DNA of 5,678 nucleotides from the IMG/VR virus record IMGVR_UViG_3300045988_006698; one strand, 5' to 3'. Below are positions 5,009 to 5,678 of the stretch, in pieces. How positions within the stretch are numbered: the stretch's first letter is position 1; every line of letters begins with the position of its first letter. This stretch comes from a virus. A program made the translations under genes and the position numbers. The notes beneath the pieces were generated by a model, which searched no databases, was not told the DNA's origin, and was given only the letters and a program-made list of their open reading frames with translations.

Positions 5009-5038
5009 TTGACTTTTTTCTAAAAAAAATGATAAAAT
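5009..5038 (+). promoter_or_regulatory. Sigma70-type promoter with extended -10, driving the peptidase and probably the downstream late genes
   Basis: The -35 is TTGACT (5009-5014), followed by an 18-nt spacer, then TG (5030-5031), one nt, and the -10 TAAAAT (5033-5038). An A/T-rich UP-like tract lies at 4981-5008. SD AAGGAG follows at 5051-5056. Confidence 0.7.
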
Positions 5039-5066
5039 ATAATTACAGAAAAGGAGCTTGATAAAA

Positions 5067-5459
5067 ATGCTTAAAAGCTATATCATGAACACAGATGGAA
5101 ACGTACAACTTGCAAGACACTTTAAGGTAAGGGAATTTGCCTGTAAAGACGGCAGTCCAGTAGTATTCATAGACGACTACCTATACAACGTTCTGGATAT
5201 CTTACGACATAAGCTAGGAAAGCCGGTAATCATCACCAGCGGATACAGAACACCAGAATGGAATAAAAAATGCAACGGAGCAAAATACAGCTACCACATG
5301 CGCGGTATGGCAGCAGATATCCGAGTCGATGGCATGAGCGCAAAAGAACTTGCCAAAAAACTGGATGAAATCGTCCCGGATGGATGCGGCATTATCGTAT
5401 ACAACACTTGGGTGCACTTTGATGTACGAAGTGGGAAAAAATACAGAAAGGGGATGTAA
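5067..5459 (+). CDS. Zinc D,D- or L,D-peptidase of the M15 family (Peptidase_M15_3/M15A-like, VanY/endolysin fold); putative peptidoglycan hydrolase
   Basis: The pattern FKVREFACKDG...LR..LGKPVIITSGYRTPEWNKK..GAKYSYHMRGMAADI...GCGIIVY..WVHFDVR matches the family layout. Putative Zn ligands are His (5295-5297), Asp (5316-5318) and His (5415-5417). ATG at 5067 lies 10 nt after the SD. The track's TTG at 5058 is only 1 nt from the SD and is unlikely. Confidence 0.85.
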   Translation: MLKSYIMNTDGNVQLARHFKVREFACKDGSPVVFIDDYLYNVLDILRHKLGKPVIITSGYRTPEWNKKCNGAKYSYHMRGMAADIRVDGMSAKELAKKLDEIVPDGCGIIVYNTWVHFDVRSGKKYRKGM

Positions 5460-5607
5460 AAAATGGAGCTTACCAGCATCAACTAACAATCGAATGACAA
5501 CATAACCTGGAAAAGAGAATCAGCAATGAAAACATGGAATGTGCGCGACCAGACCAAAAAAACAAATTGTGGACAAAACAGAAAAAACACATGAAGGAGT
5601 AAAACTA

Positions 5608-5678
5608 ATGGCACACAGAAGCGGAGCGGGTCAAGGCGACCAGAAACGTTTTACCCAGACTGCAAAGCGGGTAAAAAA
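5608..5678 (+). CDS. 5' part of a junction-spanning 38-aa highly basic protein (ORF8/VP8-like, analogue of the phiX174 J DNA-binding protein). The full gene is 5608-5623 joined to 1-101.
   Basis: ATG at 5608 lies 8 nt after the SD AAGGAG (5594-5599). The circular translation is MAHRSGAGQGDQKRFTQTAKRVKNINVRPKVSRGGIRL, with 10 Arg/Lys and 1 Asp. The F-x-x-TA...N...RGGIRL tail resembles the RGG-x-R-F/L C-terminus I recall for gokushovirus ORF8 proteins. Confidence 0.65.
   Translation, partial: MAHRSGAGQGDQKRFTQTAKRVK
5624..5678. repeat. Terminal direct repeat copy 2, identical to 1-55
   Basis: Same 55-mer as at the window start. Its length equals a common assembler k-mer (55), which suggests an artefact of linearising a circle. 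Confidence 0.95.

Larger units (their letters stand above)
1..5623 (+). mobile_element. Complete circular ssDNA bacteriophage genome, Microviridae (gokushovirus-like module VP4-ORF8-VP5-VP3-VP1-VP2), unit length 5623 nt
   Basis: An exact 55-nt terminal overlap closes the circle. All credible ORFs lie on one strand and are tightly packed. The capsid, pilot, Rep, scaffold and small basic protein set is typical of the family, and the size is in the family range. Confidence 0.85.

Noticed and set aside
5106-5112. Exact CAACTTG (the first 7 nt of the phiX174 origin as I recall it) inside the peptidase gene
   Set aside because: A single 7-mer is expected by chance at roughly one in three genomes of this size. 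The downstream sequence (CAAGACACTTTAAGG) lacks the AT-rich spacer, and there is no surrounding structure or repeat.
137-5489. All minus-strand ORFs in the track: 137-355, 503-991, 789-1292, 1533-1934, 1760-1963, 2448-2720, 2683-3009, 2960-3199, 3392-3694, 3763-3966, 3914-4171, 4168-4350, 4379-4621, 5214-5489 and 5291-5482
   Set aside because: Each lies antisense to a well-supported + strand gene or to the repeat region. Their translations are Cys/Phe/Leu/Val-rich with no motifs, as expected from reading an A-rich strand backwards. None has an SD, and Microviridae are not known to encode genes on the complementary strand.
5568-5579. TGTGGACAAAAC, resembling the inverted iteron copy TGTGGAAAAC with a 2-nt insertion
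   Set aside because: It is a single degenerate match in an A-rich spacer with no partner repeat, so it is indistinguishable from chance.
5463-5594. Tiny ORFs in the peptidase-ORF8 spacer: 7 aa (5463-5486, MELTSIN) and 22 aa (5526-5594, MKTWNVRDQTKKTNCGQNRKNT)
   Set aside because: They are too short and their SDs too weak (AAGAGA) to support from sequence alone. The 22-aa ORF's stop does abut the next SD, like the real genes, so it is worth a conservation check, but I would not annotate it.

Overview
The window is one complete circular ssDNA phage genome of the family Microviridae, with a gokushovirus-like gene set and order. Positions 1-55 repeat exactly at 5624-5678, which looks like an assembly overlap, so the real unit is a 5623-nt circle. 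All supported genes are on the + strand. In circular order they are: HUH replication initiator VP4 (3888-4877); an accessory M15-family zinc peptidase with its own sigma70-type promoter (5067-5459); a 38-aa very basic VP8/J-like protein that spans the linearisation junction (5608-5678 joined to 1-101); a 38-aa unknown ORF (131-247); a VP5-like protein (259-513); a VP3-like scaffold (500-946); major capsid VP1 (972-2654); and pilot protein VP2 (2693-3550). Hairpin plus T-tract terminators follow VP1 and VP2. The most unusual part is the 301-nt gap between VP2 and rep. It holds about 10 iteron-like copies of GTTTTCAACA/TTCAACA, a 17-nt palindrome, a (TAC)6 microsatellite and an 11-bp stem-loop abutting the rep start. 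I read this as a candidate intergenic replication origin or Rep control region, unlike the intragenic phiX174 origin. The second notable item is the promoter-equipped peptidase cassette, which has no holin, signal peptide or E-like lysis gene. No tRNA, rRNA, CRISPR array, integrase or defence-type genes are visible. All homology statements rest on motif recognition by eye and memory, not on searches.
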